DNA of 33,625 bases, taken from Patescibacteria group bacterium UBA2193. Its GTDB lineage: Bacteria > Patescibacteriota > Minisyncoccia > Moranbacterales > DUUL01. The stretch covers positions 1-33,625 of the forward strand of contig DCVH01000021.1 of the NCBI GenBank assembly GCA_002327335.1, in the 5' to 3' direction. The notes under the pieces were generated by a model that made no database searches, was not told the origin of the DNA, and saw only the letters and a list, made by a program, of their open reading frames with translations. Positions 33,191 to 33,625 of the stretch are shown here, in pieces. How positions within the stretch are numbered: the stretch's first letter is position 1; every line of letters starts with the position of its first letter. The position numbers were made by a program, and so were the translations under genes.

Positions 33191-33218
33191 AAAAAAGACG
33201 TCAACTATATAGCTGACG
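33191..33218 (-). terminator. Rho-independent terminator of the small peptide gene
   Basis: On the minus strand, cgtcagct-atat-agttgacg is followed by tctttttt, 10 nt after the stop. Confidence 0.6.
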
Positions 33219-33227
33219 CCCCTGGTT

Positions 33228-33359
33228 TTAAATCATTGAATCAATTACGGTAGCAATTCCGGCAACAAAGAGCCATAACGTCCAAGTGCCAGTTCCCACG
33301 GAAACAGCAGCAACGATCAAGCATGCTCCAGCTATTGTTCTAGTCCATCTTATCTCCAT
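33228..33359 (-). CDS. 43-aa hydrophobic peptide (not in the ORF track)
   Basis: MEIRWTRTIAGACLIVAAVSVGTGTWTLWLFVAGIATVIDSMI. SD agggag lies about 10 nt upstream, and it has its own promoter and terminator. Confidence 0.55.
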   Translation of the reverse strand: MEIRWTRTIAGACLIVAAVSVGTGTWTLWLFVAGIATVIDSMI

Positions 33360-33462
33360 TTTTTTATTCTCCCTCTCAATGTTCTATAAAAGAGCAGCCC
33401 CTCGCAATAGCGAGAAACCATTCTTTTGGTTAAAAGAAGATTACTCCAGCTATTGACCGTCT

Positions 33463-33491
33463 AGTATAGCAGAAAACGAGCTACTTGTCAA
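33463..33491 (-). promoter_or_regulatory. Near-consensus sigma-70 promoter
   Basis: Minus strand reads TTGACA (33486-33491), 17 nt, TATACT (33463-33468). It shares the 11-mer ggcttgacaag with the nrdR promoter. Confidence 0.65.
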
Positions 33492-33539
33492 GCCTGCGCG
33501 CCAAAATATTACAAGTCTTAATTAAATAAAAATTAATTC

Positions 33540-33625
33540 ATGAAAAGAATTCTAATATTAGGATCTTGCGGGGCGGGGAAATCAACTCTTGCTAAGAAAT
33601 TGCATGATATCTTAAAAATAGAGAT
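33540..33625 (+). CDS. P-loop NTPase/kinase-like protein (5' fragment, runs off the window)
   Basis: MKRILILGSCGAGKSTLAKKL contains a Walker A motif at the extreme N-terminus. Confidence 0.6.
   Translation, partial: MKRILILGSCGAGKSTLAKKLHDILKIE

Overview
AT-rich, tightly packed bacterial window. The gene content and style suggest a reduced, CPR/Patescibacteria-like genome: truncated housekeeping proteins and mostly SD-less starts. The standard code appears to apply.

Confident core genes:
- Minus strand: gatB, ftsW/rodA-family, trmD, a KH-domain protein, rsmI, a short smc, rnc, nrdD and nrdR.
- Plus strand: dprA, topA, thrS (behind a T-box leader), a miaB-like methylthiotransferase, priA, def and a NIF3-family gene.
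- Less certain calls: a GT-C-like membrane protein, an alpha/beta-hydrolase-like protein, an HD-domain protein, a LigB-superfamily protein, a HEPN-motif protein, a Cys-rich DUF3795-like protein and a GIY-YIG nuclease.

No rRNA, tRNA or CRISPR array was recognised.

Points worth a second look:
1. An intact 85-aa ORF sits directly after nrdD. It duplicates the NrdD glycyl-radical C-terminus and carries its own 4-Cys module.
2. A GC-rich palindromic element family (GGATTCCCGC..GCGGGAATGAC) brackets the GIY-YIG gene. It also sits in frame inside miaB, in degenerate form in thrS, and in the thrS T-box leader.
3. A self-contained three-gene cassette of small proteins is GC-richer than its surroundings and SD-led. 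Several other SD-led small ORFs lie among SD-less housekeeping genes.
4. The 664-nt dprA-topA spacer has tandem modules and a 23-bp inverted repeat whose mismatches are G-U compatible only on the plus strand.
5. There is a MITE-like repeat family, AT-rich palindromic intergenic blocks, and an 82-bp near-perfect palindrome.
6. A 43-aa hydrophobic peptide gene has a consensus promoter, an SD and a terminator.

All functional assignments come from motif recognition by eye. No searches were run.
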